From contig DALV01000102.1 of the NCBI GenBank assembly GCA_002496905.1, forward strand, positions 1 to 43,151: a stretch of DNA of 43,151 bases, written 5' to 3'. Below the pieces are notes generated by a model, which saw only the letters and a program-made list of their open reading frames with translations, was not told where the DNA came from and did not search any database. Of this stretch, positions 25,034 through 34,766 are shown piece after piece. The stretch's first letter is position 1, and every line of letters starts with the position of its first letter. This stretch comes from Euryarchaeota archaeon UBA105 (lineage in GTDB: Archaea > Thermoplasmatota > Poseidoniia > Poseidoniales > Thalassarchaeaceae). The translations under genes were made by a program, and so were the position numbers.

Positions 25034-25344
25034 TGACCACCCCTTTTCTTTCCAGCAATCATATTCAACATCCGATTAGTTACTGCGAATCCTCCAACTA
25101 CGTTGATCATCGCGAGTACTACTGCTACGAAAGCAAGGATTCCACTGACAGCTGTGTCACCACCTTCGTAGGCGACATTCGCCCCTAACAGGGCGCCAAC
25201 TATACTGATTCCAGAAATAGCATTGGCTCCACTCATTAGTGGAGTGTGAAGAGTAGCGGGGACCTTTGTGATAAGTTCGAATCCCAAGAAAATAGACATT
25301 ACAAAAAGCGTTACTGAACCAATTAAAACCGTGGGCTCCATCAC
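25030..25344 (-). CDS. pntAB: NAD(P) transhydrogenase subunit alpha, part 2 (membrane)
   Basis: This is a ~100-aa three-TM protein (TPLMSGANAISGI motif). It has 4-nt overlaps with both flanking pnt genes. Confidence 0.9.
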   Translation of the reverse strand: MMEPTVLIGSVTLFVMSIFLGFELITKVPATLHTPLMSGANAISGISIVGALLGANVAYEGGDTAVSGILAFVAVVLAMINVVGGFAVTNRMLNMIAGKKRGGQ

Positions 25345-26501
25345 AATACACCTCCTAGTTTGCTCTGTTTAGGATGTATTTTTCCATCTGAACATATCAG
25401 AACCCCTCCCATACCTGGGACGTAGAAATCATCTCCTTCAGGGGCTCCTACTAAGACATCGTCTTCATCTGAAATTACTAACTCACCATCAATAAATATC
25501 GATGTAATGAAAGTGGTTAGATTGTTTGAATACAACATCGAGGCTGTGTTGGCCAAACTGCCTGGGAGATTATTCACTCCAATTATTGTCACACCGTTTT
25601 CTGTGACAACTGTTTCACCCGCAATTGTATCTTCACAATTCCCTCCGACATCAGCATTCATGTCGACAATAACAGCACCGGACTTGAATGATTCAACAGC
25701 ACTACTTGGTACTGTGATAGGTGCTGGTCTTCCAAAGATTCTTGCAGTGGTTACGATAATGTCGGCATCGGACGCGACTCCACAAACTGTGTCATTGACT
25801 TTCTGAATGAATTCCGGAGTGAGTGGTTTTGCATAACCGGCTTCATCTTCAAAATCATCCATGCCATCAACCTCAATGAATCTCCCACCAACAGACTCTA
25901 TCTGTTCTGCGGCTGACTTCCTCACGTCAGAAGCATAGACAATTGCGCCAAGTCTCTTTGCGGTTGCAATCGCCTGTAGACCAGCAACGCCACTACCCAT
26001 AATAACAACTTTCGCTGGTCTTACCGTTCCTGCAGAAGTGGTCATCATCGGGATTCCCTTTGGTACTGAGGCCGCTCCTAAGAGTACCGCTTTGTAACCT
26101 GATAGATTGTCTTGACTCGAATTAACATCCATGGATTGTGCTCTTGACAACCTTCTAGGAATCATATCCATCGACAGAAGAGTGACCCCTGCATCCAAGC
26201 AAGCCTGAACTTTTTCAGGATGACGAAACGGATCGGCTACGCAAGCGATGACTTGGCCCGCATGAAGTTCAGACACATCTGGTAAGTGAATGGAAATAAT
26301 TAGAGGGGATTTTACGACTTCTGTTCTGTTTGACACGATTGCACCATTTTCTTCGTATTCAGAATCATAATGGTTTGCAGTAATACCGGCATTAGATTCC
26401 ACCACTACTTCAAACCCGGACTTGCTTAATTTACGGAGAGATTTCGGCACGATTGCAACCCTTGTTTCCCCTTCAGGTTCCTTCAACACACCTAGTCTCA
26501 T
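25341..26501 (-). CDS. pntAA: NAD(P) transhydrogenase subunit alpha, part 1 (dI, alanine dehydrogenase-like)
   Basis: The N-terminus is MRLGVLKEPEGETRVA and the Rossmann motif is VVIMGSGVAGLQAIATAKRLGA. ATG 26501 is preferred over 26537. Confidence 0.9.
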   Translation of the reverse strand: MRLGVLKEPEGETRVAIVPKSLRKLSKSGFEVVVESNAGITANHYDSEYEENGAIVSNRTEVVKSPLIISIHLPDVSELHAGQVIACVADPFRHPEKVQACLDAGVTLLSMDMIPRRLSRAQSMDVNSSQDNLSGYKAVLLGAASVPKGIPMMTTSAGTVRPAKVVIMGSGVAGLQAIATAKRLGAIVYASDVRKSAAEQIESVGGRFIEVDGMDDFEDEAGYAKPLTPEFIQKVNDTVCGVASDADIIVTTARIFGRPAPITVPSSAVESFKSGAVIVDMNADVGGNCEDTIAGETVVTENGVTIIGVNNLPGSLANTASMLYSNNLTTFITSIFIDGELVISDEDDVLVGAPEGDDFYVPGMGGVLICSDGKIHPKQSKLGGVL

Positions 26502-26615
26502 ACAAGTCCCTCGGTTCCCAATGAGCCATAGGCTCATGTCGGGTAGGCATTGCGAGTGGAATTAGATTATTGAATCAAACGGAATAGTCGCCTCATCGAA
26601 AATATAGTAACGAAA

Positions 26616-27299
26616 TTAGAACAGAATAACATAAGCGATTCCGAAGACCGCTACATCGGCAATAGCATGAGATATCCAGCAGACGTAAAGAGAACGAAAA
26701 CGTAGCCACAATAATGACCAAATCGCTCCGGCAATAAAAATTCCAAGACTGGATATTACATTTTGCCACGGCTCAAAATAATAACTCAATAATACCGTGT
26801 GGTGTAAAGTAAAGATTGCTGCTGAAAGTAATATTGTAACCGATTCTCGCCCTGTTGATTCGAGAATTCGGTCTCCAATAAATTGCCGGAAGACAAATTC
26901 TTCCACTAGACTATTGATAGTTATCCAATAGAATACCCCGAGGAAAAATATACTACGGTTCAATAATCCAGTGGCTCCGATTTCTTGCTTCATCAATTCC
27001 ACATCGAGGGTTTCACCAAAGATTAGAAACATAAGCCCAACAGTAACAAAAATTAGCAATCCAGAAACTATTGATTCAAACATCCCTTTAGAATTAATTT
27101 CACCTAATGAAATTCGATTATCTTCTATTCGATATATCCAATATATCGGTATCAGAATAATCCATAATTTCGTGAAAATAAAGAATATTTGAGACTGTAA
27201 TACGGATCCGCTCCAAGAAAAGGAAAATAAAATTGAGATAGTAGGCATTATTGATACAAGAAATAGGGCAAATATTGACAGATGACCTTTCTGCATCAA
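26616..27299 (-). CDS. CPBP-family intramembrane glutamic endopeptidase (CAAX protease/Abi-like)
   Basis: The protein is polytopic and carries the motifs EEFVFRQF, FTLHH and SHAIAD, matching the E-E-x3-R / F-x3-H / H-x3-[ND] CPBP signature. Confidence 0.8.
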   Translation of the reverse strand: MMQKGHLSIFALFLVSIMPTISILFSFSWSGSVLQSQIFFIFTKLWIILIPIYWIYRIEDNRISLGEINSKGMFESIVSGLLIFVTVGLMFLIFGETLDVELMKQEIGATGLLNRSIFFLGVFYWITINSLVEEFVFRQFIGDRILESTGRESVTILLSAAIFTLHHTVLLSYYFEPWQNVISSLGIFIAGAIWSLLWLRFRSLYVCWISHAIADVAVFGIAYVILF

Positions 27300-27406
27300 G
27301 CAGTCTAATTACCCATATGTGATTAGTATTGGGGCGGCATAGGACGAACCTAACGCTCACTAAAGGCTAAGGGTGTAATTCTTATCGCGGCTGTTGGGGA
27401 TAACAA

Positions 27407-28402
27407 ATGCAAACTACGGAAGAGGGAACAAAAGTAGCAATACGAGTCGCCATTACTGGAGCTGCTGGTAACATCGGCTATGCCTTATTGTGGAGAATAG
27501 CTAGTGGTGATTGTTTTGGAAATAATCAACCCGTAATTTTACAGTTGCTAGAAATACCTCCAGGGATGCAACGCCTTGATGGAGTAATCATGGAATTACG
27601 GGATTCTGCTTTCCCGTTGGTCCACGACATTATCGGCACTGATGACCCAGGAGTTGCGTTTAACGACGCAGATGCGATTTTTCTAGTCGGTTCGCGCCCC
27701 CGAACCAAGGATATGGATCGGGCAGATCTCGTCGCCGCTAACGGCCCCATTTTCGTAGGACAAGGAAAAGCGATAGATGCTGTAGCATCACCTAATGTCA
27801 AAGTCATCACCGTAGGTAATCCATGCAATACAAATGCACTAATTGCATCGGCAAACGCTGCAAGTATCCCTAGTAGACAATTTACAGCCATGACTAGGCT
27901 AGACCAAAACCGAGCGGTTGGACAAATTGCGGAGCAGGCTGGTGTTCCAGCATCTAAGGTACAAGATGTATTCATTTGGGGCAATCATTCAAACACTATG
28001 TATCCAGACCCAAGGTTTGCAAAGGTAGGGAATGAGTCTATTACTGATTTATTTGATAATGAATGGTTACAAGGCGCCTTCCTTGATACTGTAGCAACCC
28101 GCGGTAAGGCAATTATCGTAGCACGTGGTGCTTCTTCTGCAGCATCGGCTGCTTCCGCTGCGGTAGACCACATGAGAGACTGGTGGCAGGGTTCCAATGG
28201 CCAGATTGTATCAATGGCACTACCCTCAGAAGGTTGGTACGGAGTTCCAGAAGGGCTAGTGTTTAGTTTCCCTTGCCGATGCGAATCTGGAGAAATTATC
28301 GTGGTTGAAGATTTACCTATTGATGAATTCGCCCAACAAAAGATAGATGAAAATGTCAAAGCGCTCTTAGAAGAACGAGATGCGGTAAGTGAGTTGTTGT
28401 AA
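27407..28402 (+). CDS. mdh: Malate dehydrogenase (NAD-dependent, long-type)
   Basis: IRVAITGAAGNIGYALLWRIASG...QPVILQLLEI matches MDH type 2. Also present are the substrate arginines (GSRPRTKDMDRADL), VGNPCNTNA and IWGNHS. Confidence 0.9.
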   Translation: MQTTEEGTKVAIRVAITGAAGNIGYALLWRIASGDCFGNNQPVILQLLEIPPGMQRLDGVIMELRDSAFPLVHDIIGTDDPGVAFNDADAIFLVGSRPRTKDMDRADLVAANGPIFVGQGKAIDAVASPNVKVITVGNPCNTNALIASANAASIPSRQFTAMTRLDQNRAVGQIAEQAGVPASKVQDVFIWGNHSNTMYPDPRFAKVGNESITDLFDNEWLQGAFLDTVATRGKAIIVARGASSAASAASAAVDHMRDWWQGSNGQIVSMALPSEGWYGVPEGLVFSFPCRCESGEIIVVEDLPIDEFAQQKIDENVKALLEERDAVSELL

Positions 28403-28493
28403 TCAACGAATGTCATAGACCCATACTAAATCATTTGAGTAACCTAATGATTAGCCGTTGAGTTCATTTTCTAAGTTCGACTCGCAAGTAAAG

Positions 28494-29255
28494 ATGACCG
28501 AGCCTCGTCGTCATATCCATCTTGAACACGATGGAAAATTACTCCTTGTAGATCTACAAGGAAACGGGCCCGCAATACCTCAAATGGGAAGAGAAGGGGA
28601 AGGCGGTTTTTCGATTCGGCTCCCAACTCCCGAAGAAGCAAAAGAAATGGGTTTAACCTGGAATACTAAGCGAACTAATCGATTTAGATTAGGACAAGAA
28701 ATGCATGAGTTAATTGTCGCTACTCCTGAAATTACTTGGCCGGGAGAGTGGGCCTGGAAAGACGCCGTGATTAGCGATAGTGAGGTTGATCCCGTGGCTA
28801 GAGAATCTGTATATCGGACCCTCCATAGAGTCGTCAGCAAAGTTGTAATTACTAATCCATCTAATCAGATACTTATGGCAAAAGTAACTCGAGGATTTTT
28901 CACAGGCTGTTGGACCTTGCCGGGAGGTTTTGTCGACTATGGTGAGCACCCTAGAGTGGGTGCTGAACGAGAAGCATTGGAAGAGCTAGGAATCAAAATT
29001 CGCATTCCAGACCCTATGGGAGAGTCGAGTGAGGGGTATGGTACAAACTCTGAGTCAATTGTCAGACAGGAGATTTTTACTCCTGATGGTATTTGTTGGC
29101 TTTCATTTACTTACAAATGTAAAGCGGATATTCCTGCAGAGGAAATTGTACCAAAAGATGATGAAATTGAGGAAGCAAAATGGTTTGATAAACAGGAAGC
29201 ATTGTCCGTAGCCGTTTCGCTTTTTGATATTGAAGCCATAGAGAAATTCATTTGA
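28494..29255 (+). CDS. NUDIX hydrolase with an uncharacterised ~110-aa N-terminal domain
   Basis: The Nudix box is GGFVDYGEHPRVGAEREALEELGI. ATG 28494 is preferred over the listed TTG at 28458. Confidence 0.8.
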   Translation: MTEPRRHIHLEHDGKLLLVDLQGNGPAIPQMGREGEGGFSIRLPTPEEAKEMGLTWNTKRTNRFRLGQEMHELIVATPEITWPGEWAWKDAVISDSEVDPVARESVYRTLHRVVSKVVITNPSNQILMAKVTRGFFTGCWTLPGGFVDYGEHPRVGAEREALEELGIKIRIPDPMGESSEGYGTNSESIVRQEIFTPDGICWLSFTYKCKADIPAEEIVPKDDEIEEAKWFDKQEALSVAVSLFDIEAIEKFI

Positions 29256-29288
29256 TTATTATACTGCTTTCGCCAATTTGAATAGAAG

Positions 29289-29366
29289 TGGTGGGCCTGC
29301 CTGGATTTGAACCAGGGTCAAATGGTCCCAAACCATCTAGCATAGGCCAGACTAACCCACAGGCCC
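29289..29366 (-). tRNA. tRNA-Pro (anticodon UGG), CCA encoded
   Basis: The minus strand reads GGGCCUG-UG-GGUU-AGUCUGGCCUA-UGCU-A-GAUGG-UUUGGGA-CCAUU-UGAC-CCUGG-UUCAAAU-CCAGG-CAGGCCC-A-CCA. The cloverleaf folds by hand, with U33, G37 and a canonical T-loop. Confidence 0.9.
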
Positions 29367-29403
29367 GTGAGTGACTTGGCCACATAAGTCGACTTTATGG
29401 AGT

Positions 29404-29841
29404 TCACGCTAACCATTTCCACTCATCTTGAGCAGTTCTTTGGACAACGCCCTGTAATTCCGCCATACCAATAATTTGTTCAGGAGATGGTTCTGTAACT
29501 CCTTCTGCGTCTAGACATACTCGCAATGATTGTAGGGTTACCACACCCCTTTCATCTGTGGATTGTTTCATTATTCTGTGAATCAATCCAGCATTTGCCC
29601 TTTCCCTAGTCTTCAGTTGTTTCCGCTTTTTTTCGGACAATTTCTCCTCAATCTCTTGACTAATTTCCGAAGGAAGGTTAGCGTTAGCCACCGCTTCGGT
29701 CAATTTAGCAGGATCTGTGAAAACTGCAGTTGTTGTTATCTGACTAGATTCGCCACATCTACTGCAGGATGCTTGAGTCCCTTGTCTAGCCCCAAACGAA
29801 TGGCCACATTTACATCGAAGTAGTAGCCAATTACTCGCCAT
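29404..29841 (-). CDS. Zinc-ribbon protein (DUF1922-like N-terminus) with a helical C-terminal domain
   Basis: The N-terminus is WLLLRCKCGHSFGARQGTQASCSRCGES (C-x-C...C-x2-C), followed by a charged helical linker and a small globular tail. Confidence 0.5.
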   Translation of the reverse strand: MASNWLLLRCKCGHSFGARQGTQASCSRCGESSQITTTAVFTDPAKLTEAVANANLPSEISQEIEEKLSEKKRKQLKTRERANAGLIHRIMKQSTDERGVVTLQSLRVCLDAEGVTEPSPEQIIGMAELQGVVQRTAQDEWKWLA

Positions 29842-29959
29842 GGCCTATGCTGAGAAGTCATGGTTCAATATATTGTCTTGAGGCTATAGAGGGTGAAACA
29901 GACATATATTTGACGAAATTTAGGGTATTCCTAATCATGCAGAACCACTTGGGCTTAAC

Positions 29960-30238
29960 GTGCAAAACACTCGAATGGTCATCGGTTGGTTAGCATTTTT
30001 TCTTCTGATTGTCTTTTCTATTTACTCATTTTTTGAATCCGGCTCGATAACTGTAGAGGCATGGATTTCGTTACTTCTTTCTCCAGCAGCCCTAGCATTC
30101 GCACTTAATCGAAGCACATGGTGGGAAAGCGAGAATAATCGTCCAAGTTCAATAGTAGAGGAAGAAAGTATGGAGACGGCCGCAAACAAGGATGTCCCAA
30201 ATCCGGAAGAGGATGGATTCGATATCCCTGTAATGTAA
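29960..30238 (+). CDS. Small membrane protein (two TM helices, acidic tail), hypothetical
   Basis: It starts at GTG and has two clear hydrophobic helices. There is no other support. Confidence 0.35.
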   Translation: MQNTRMVIGWLAFFLLIVFSIYSFFESGSITVEAWISLLLSPAALAFALNRSTWWESENNRPSSIVEEESMETAANKDVPNPEEDGFDIPVM

Positions 30239-30248
30239 GGAAAATAGG

Positions 30249-31466
30249 TCAATTGCCCCAATATGCTTCCCGCATGGCTTGATTGGCTTCCATACATGCC
30301 ACCACATCTGCGGGCCGCTGTGGCATAGAATCAATTCCAGCTAGGTGATTATACAATGGTTGAATATTGGATAGATTGACAACACCCCATCCAACTTGTG
30401 TACAAGGAGCAACAGGTGATATCGGTAATGTGCCCGAAGTTGGATCCCATGTTGATGCACTAGGATACCATGCAGACAAATTTAGTGCATCACGAATATT
30501 GTCGTTGGAGACGGATAGATTTGTGCCGTTAACAAGTAAACCACCTCGCTCTTCAGAAGCACCACTCATTAGGTCTCCTGAATCTTCTCGTAACATAGTC
30601 AATACCATGCTAAGAATCCCTGCTGTCCTAGGTGTTGCAAAAGAGGTGCCAGATGTTTGATGGTATCCATCGATGTCATCATGGTTAGGTAGCATCTGAG
30701 TCCAATCAGCGGCAATATCTGGATAAGAACCACTCATGGTTTCCTTTTGGTCATCTTCTTCTTCCGCATATCCAGATACACCGATTGACCAAGGAGGGCC
30801 TGCGGTTGGGTCTTGCACTGCGGGAGAAGGAGTATTGTCTGCTGCTCCAGTGTGGATTTTCTTATTTTGAACGACCGCCACTCTTGTTGAGTCCTCGATT
30901 CCGGGTACCGGAATCGACCCAATTGGACCAAATGAGGTAGTGATTATGTCGACTAAGGGTTGGTTGGCGGCAGCTAATACAGCAGCGTCACTAAATCCTT
31001 CGACAAAGAAAATTATCGCATCTGGATTAGCATCTAAAACGGCTCCAGTGACTGCGGTTCCATGACCATCAGAAGGATCGTCTAGGATGGGAATATCCGT
31101 CCCATCATCTGGTGTTGTAGCAATTATCCTGGTACCGGGGAAGTACACTATATCCGAGGAAGTAATTACATCCCAACAAGATTCTCTGTCGGCCTCGTAT
31201 CGTTCTTGCCAAGTCCCCTCAGTGGTGATATTACACCACATAGTCACACCTAAACCATCCAGCATCCATTCTGGTAGAGTCTCATTGAAAACGAAATGAT
31301 TGTGATAAACATTTATTCCAGTATCAATTGGAGCAACTATACTGTATGCATTGGCAGTTTGTTCGTCTATCATTTCTACTTGAGCAGGGTCATTTGTATG
31401 TATACAACCCGCGAGTACTGAGGACAGCATCACCAATGAAACAACGACGCAGGGTGCAATCCTCAT
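30249..31466 (-). CDS. Subtilisin-like serine protease (S8), probable lipoprotein
   Basis: The catalytic triad motifs are APIDTGIN (Asp), DGHGTAVTG (His) and SGTSFATPRTAG (Ser). The signal peptide ends in the lipobox-like sequence LAGC. Confidence 0.85.
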   Translation of the reverse strand: MRIAPCVVVSLVMLSSVLAGCIHTNDPAQVEMIDEQTANAYSIVAPIDTGINVYHNHFVFNETLPEWMLDGLGVTMWCNITTEGTWQERYEADRESCWDVITSSDIVYFPGTRIIATTPDDGTDIPILDDPSDGHGTAVTGAVLDANPDAIIFFVEGFSDAAVLAAANQPLVDIITTSFGPIGSIPVPGIEDSTRVAVVQNKKIHTGAADNTPSPAVQDPTAGPPWSIGVSGYAEEEDDQKETMSGSYPDIAADWTQMLPNHDDIDGYHQTSGTSFATPRTAGILSMVLTMLREDSGDLMSGASEERGGLLVNGTNLSVSNDNIRDALNLSAWYPSASTWDPTSGTLPISPVAPCTQVGWGVVNLSNIQPLYNHLAGIDSMPQRPADVVACMEANQAMREAYWGN

Positions 31467-31524
31467 GACTCATCGGCTAAGGCGAATATGTTTGAGGTTG
31501 ATGTATAGTTGACAAAGTCAAAAT

Positions 31525-33441
31525 TCATTTCAATCTAAGAGTTTCAAGGTTGGCAGGAGCATAGGTTTGTACTCTAAATTCATCTCTAAGACCTTGACGG
31601 AATGCATTACAAGTTTTTGCGTCCCCATGATGGCAAATTATCTTCCTAGGAGTAGGATTCAATGCTTTCACGTAATCCATTAATTGTCGCCTGTCAGAGT
31701 GCCCACTGAATCCATCAATTGTCACAACATTACAGGCAATAGGGACCATGTGTGTTTGTCCCTTATCCATTAGAGGAACCTCGGCATGCCCTTGTTGTAG
31801 TCTGCGTCCTAGAGTACCAGAGGCTTGATATCCAACAAAACATAGTGTGTTATTTGTTTCAGGAGCCCAGTGTTTCAAGTATTCAATTATGGGCCCTCCG
31901 GTCATCATTCCTGAAGTTGCCAAGACGATACATGGAGAAGGATCGTAAAGCAATGATTCTCTTTGTTCTCTACTATCTACCTGCTTGAACCAACTTGAAT
32001 TGAATGGGTTTTCTTCCCCTCCTTTCAATACCTTACTACGCAAATCACGATTAAGGAAATCGGGATGGCTAGCGTGAATTGCGGTTGCCTCTGAAATCAT
32101 TCCATCTAACCAAACAGTTACCGGTTTAACCTCGCCGGATTTGAACAATTGATCTATTGCAATCATCACCTCTTGCGAACGCCCTACTGCGAATACAGGA
32201 CAGAAGATTTTACCTCCCCTCGAGAGAGCTAATTTTACCAAATCTTGCAATTCCTGTGTAGCATCTGCTCGATTAGGTTGGAAATCTTGCGCGCCGCCGT
32301 ATGTTGATTCGATAACTAAGGTCTCGACTTTTTGGAATCTTACCGTTGCAGCATCAAATAACCAAGATCTTTCGTATTTGATGTCGCCTGAAAAGAGTAA
32401 TCTATGTTCAGATTTTCCTTCTCCAATCTGCATGTAAACACTAGATGAACCAAGGATATGACCTGCGTTTTCGAGTGTGATTTTAACGTCAGGAGCAATA
32501 TCTGTCTTATCACCCCAGCGAATGTCTACGACGTGTTTGATACATTCTTGAATATCCGCCTTTGAATAAGGTGGATCAGCGCCTTCTGCTTGTGAGACTT
32601 TGATGTAATCCATTTGCAATAATGTCATCAAATCCCTGGTTGGAGGTGTGCAATATACCGGCCCTCTGTATCCATACCGGAATAGAACAGGAAGCATGGC
32701 TATGTGGTCAACGTGAGCGTGGGTAAGTACGATTGCATCGAGATTATCCAAAGGAAGTAATTCTGGTGCATTGAAGAATGGCTGAACTTCATTACGATTC
32801 ATCGTTGGCTTAGCCCCACAATCAACGAGGACTCGCGATTCATTTGTTGTAACCAAATGCATAGCTCGGCCAACTTCTCGATACGAACCTAAAGCGGTCA
32901 GTCTAACCCACGGTTCACCAGCTCTTTTTGGGCGATAAATTCGAGTGCCAAATTTTCTCAATAGAGATTTCCTTTCATCGGCTAATTCTTTTCGATATCT
33001 TCGGATATCATGTTGAGTTCGGCTCTCAAAGGCCGGAGCGCGTTCAACCGATATTAACCAGCCAATTTCATCTCTGAGATTTTTGATATTGATACCTTTA
33101 GGGCCGACTGCAGAAGCAGGATCGTCACATTCCAGGGTGACTTCGGATAATGCAGGATCGAGCCAAACATTCCTAACCTCAGCCTCAGGTGGAATAATCT
33201 CGTTGACCTTTTGTCGAACCGTACCCTCATCTGCGAGAATATCGGGGTGCGGCCTTACGATAACCCGACGCTTGACATTTTTCGCGATTTTGACAGTTAA
33301 TGATTGACCAGCGCCCCCAAAGGCTTCTGGCTGCTTTGTAATAATTGCAATCGAACCTGCCTCTACATCGACCTCATAGTCGATGTTTTCAGGCACTAAC
33401 TTGGATACCCTTTGCTTTACTTCTGTTAATGTTAATCTCAT
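31525..33441 (-). CDS. aCPSF1/FttA: KH-domain + metallo-beta-lactamase + beta-CASP ribonuclease
   Basis: N-terminal KH repeats (GPKGINIKNLRDE) are followed by the MBL motif LTHAHVDHIAMLP. Beta-CASP motifs and a C-terminal HGD are present. The ~640-aa size is typical of archaeal CPSF1. Confidence 0.9.
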   Translation of the reverse strand: MRLTLTEVKQRVSKLVPENIDYEVDVEAGSIAIITKQPEAFGGAGQSLTVKIAKNVKRRVIVRPHPDILADEGTVRQKVNEIIPPEAEVRNVWLDPALSEVTLECDDPASAVGPKGINIKNLRDEIGWLISVERAPAFESRTQHDIRRYRKELADERKSLLRKFGTRIYRPKRAGEPWVRLTALGSYREVGRAMHLVTTNESRVLVDCGAKPTMNRNEVQPFFNAPELLPLDNLDAIVLTHAHVDHIAMLPVLFRYGYRGPVYCTPPTRDLMTLLQMDYIKVSQAEGADPPYSKADIQECIKHVVDIRWGDKTDIAPDVKITLENAGHILGSSSVYMQIGEGKSEHRLLFSGDIKYERSWLFDAATVRFQKVETLVIESTYGGAQDFQPNRADATQELQDLVKLALSRGGKIFCPVFAVGRSQEVMIAIDQLFKSGEVKPVTVWLDGMISEATAIHASHPDFLNRDLRSKVLKGGEENPFNSSWFKQVDSREQRESLLYDPSPCIVLATSGMMTGGPIIEYLKHWAPETNNTLCFVGYQASGTLGRRLQQGHAEVPLMDKGQTHMVPIACNVVTIDGFSGHSDRRQLMDYVKALNPTPRKIICHHGDAKTCNAFRQGLRDEFRVQTYAPANLETLRLK

Positions 33442-33523
33442 TATTCACACCTCATTTGAGGAACTCCACCTTCTACCAAAAACCTCGAAATGAGGTTGTA
33501 AGGCTAAATGCCGTGGAGATTAT

Positions 33524-34150
33524 CTACAATTTAGAAAGTAGGTCTGCGACCTCTTTCTCTGTTAGCTGTTGGTAGCCTGCATCTTTTGTAATTACTGCAA
33601 GATCCATTCCATTTCCGCTTGCTGCATCTCTTTGTGCCGAAGCTAAGAGGGCCTTTGCGGCTACCTTTAGGGCTTGATTTCGACTCATACCATCCTTGTA
33701 CTGGTCTTCTAGGACACCGTACATGAAGGGGCTTCCTGAACCAGTGGCACAGTAAACGTCTGGAATTGAACCACCTGCTGAGTCTATCGAATATACACTC
33801 GGCCCGTCTTCATCGGTTCCAACAATCAAAAGTTGAACATAGTGCGGCCTACCAACTAGTATATTTGCGGTTAATGTAGCAGCACCTCGGACAGTCATAG
33901 AAGCGTTACGCTTCAGTTCGTATAGCCTCAATTCTGCCGCAAGGGTTCGTGATAGTGATTGAGCATGACCTACAAGACCTGCAGTGGTGAGGGCAACGTT
34001 GTTTGAAATTTTGAACAACTTCTTGACGCTCTTGTTTGCAATAAAGTGCCCCATAGTAGCTCTATGGTCAGCTCCGACCACAACACCCCCATCGAATGTT
34101 ATGCCAACAGTACTAGTTCCGGTCTTGACGGCGTCTGCTTCTGCGTTCAT
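33524..34150 (-). CDS. psmB: Proteasome subunit beta (with short propeptide)
   Basis: KTG|TSTVGITFDGGVVVGADHRAT gives a G|T processing site and a catalytic Thr. The Ntn-hydrolase core motifs are present. Confidence 0.9.
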   Translation of the reverse strand: MNAEADAVKTGTSTVGITFDGGVVVGADHRATMGHFIANKSVKKLFKISNNVALTTAGLVGHAQSLSRTLAAELRLYELKRNASMTVRGAATLTANILVGRPHYVQLLIVGTDEDGPSVYSIDSAGGSIPDVYCATGSGSPFMYGVLEDQYKDGMSRNQALKVAAKALLASAQRDAASGNGMDLAVITKDAGYQQLTEKEVADLLSKL

Positions 34151-34355
34151 CTGATTTCACCGCACGGAGAGTTCCCTGCGGATTGCACTCAAATCCGGCC
34201 CCTTATCAATACGACGGGGTATTAATGAGAGAAAACACCCAAACTTGTGAAATGGCTTCTAGCCAAAATGTCTCTTCGCAAAAGGGTGATTAATCCAGCA
34301 TTTACATCCAACATCCACCGTATTCCTCAAAGAGCCTACCACCCCGGAATGAATT

Positions 34356-34763
34356 ATGGCGAAGCCTACTAGGTCCGAACCCAAATGGATTGAGATGCCT
34401 AGTTTACCTTCTCGGCCTCGGGATTTTTCATTAGACCCAGGTCAAGATTACCATGACTTGGGTGAGCTATACGCAGATGCGCCAGTGGCTAGAGGAATCG
34501 GCGATGTTATTGTTCACAGGGCAATTTTAGACGATATAACAGGAATTCCTAAACTACTAGATTGGTTATCCGAGGGTGACATTGTAATTCTAGAAATGTC
34601 GCGCTTAATCACAGTTGAAACCGAATTAAGAATTGCAGTAGATCGAATCCAATCTTTTGTTGAAAGCGACTTGTCCGGAGAAGTCATTAGATTAGGTACC
34701 TCAAGATTGTTACTATTGCCATCGACTTTTGGTATTTCCGAAGAGCAAAATACTGCTTACTGA
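34356..34763 (+). CDS. sepF: SepF-like cell division protein (DUF552)
   Basis: The C-terminal core is VIVHRAILDDITGIPKLLDWLSEGDIVILEMSRL...AVDRIQSF...GEVIRLGTSRLLLLP, which matches the SepF pattern (region with regulator-like beta-alpha fold, 'G-x-I-V-x-h-D/E-h'). Confidence 0.7.
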   Translation: MAKPTRSEPKWIEMPSLPSRPRDFSLDPGQDYHDLGELYADAPVARGIGDVIVHRAILDDITGIPKLLDWLSEGDIVILEMSRLITVETELRIAVDRIQSFVESDLSGEVIRLGTSRLLLLPSTFGISEEQNTAY

Positions 34764-34766
34764 GGT

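Noticed and set aside
27526-28416. Two consecutive minus-strand ORFs (152 aa and 143 aa) covering the mdh gene
   Set aside because: They are antisense shadows of an unambiguous malate dehydrogenase. The translations are Ser/Ala/Thr-rich with no recognisable domain.
34176-34197. UCAAAUCC string suggesting a tRNA T-arm in the psmB-sepF gap
   Set aside because: The loop is GCACUCA (not T-psi-C-like), and no acceptor, D or anticodon arms can be built around it. I keep it only as a hairpin.
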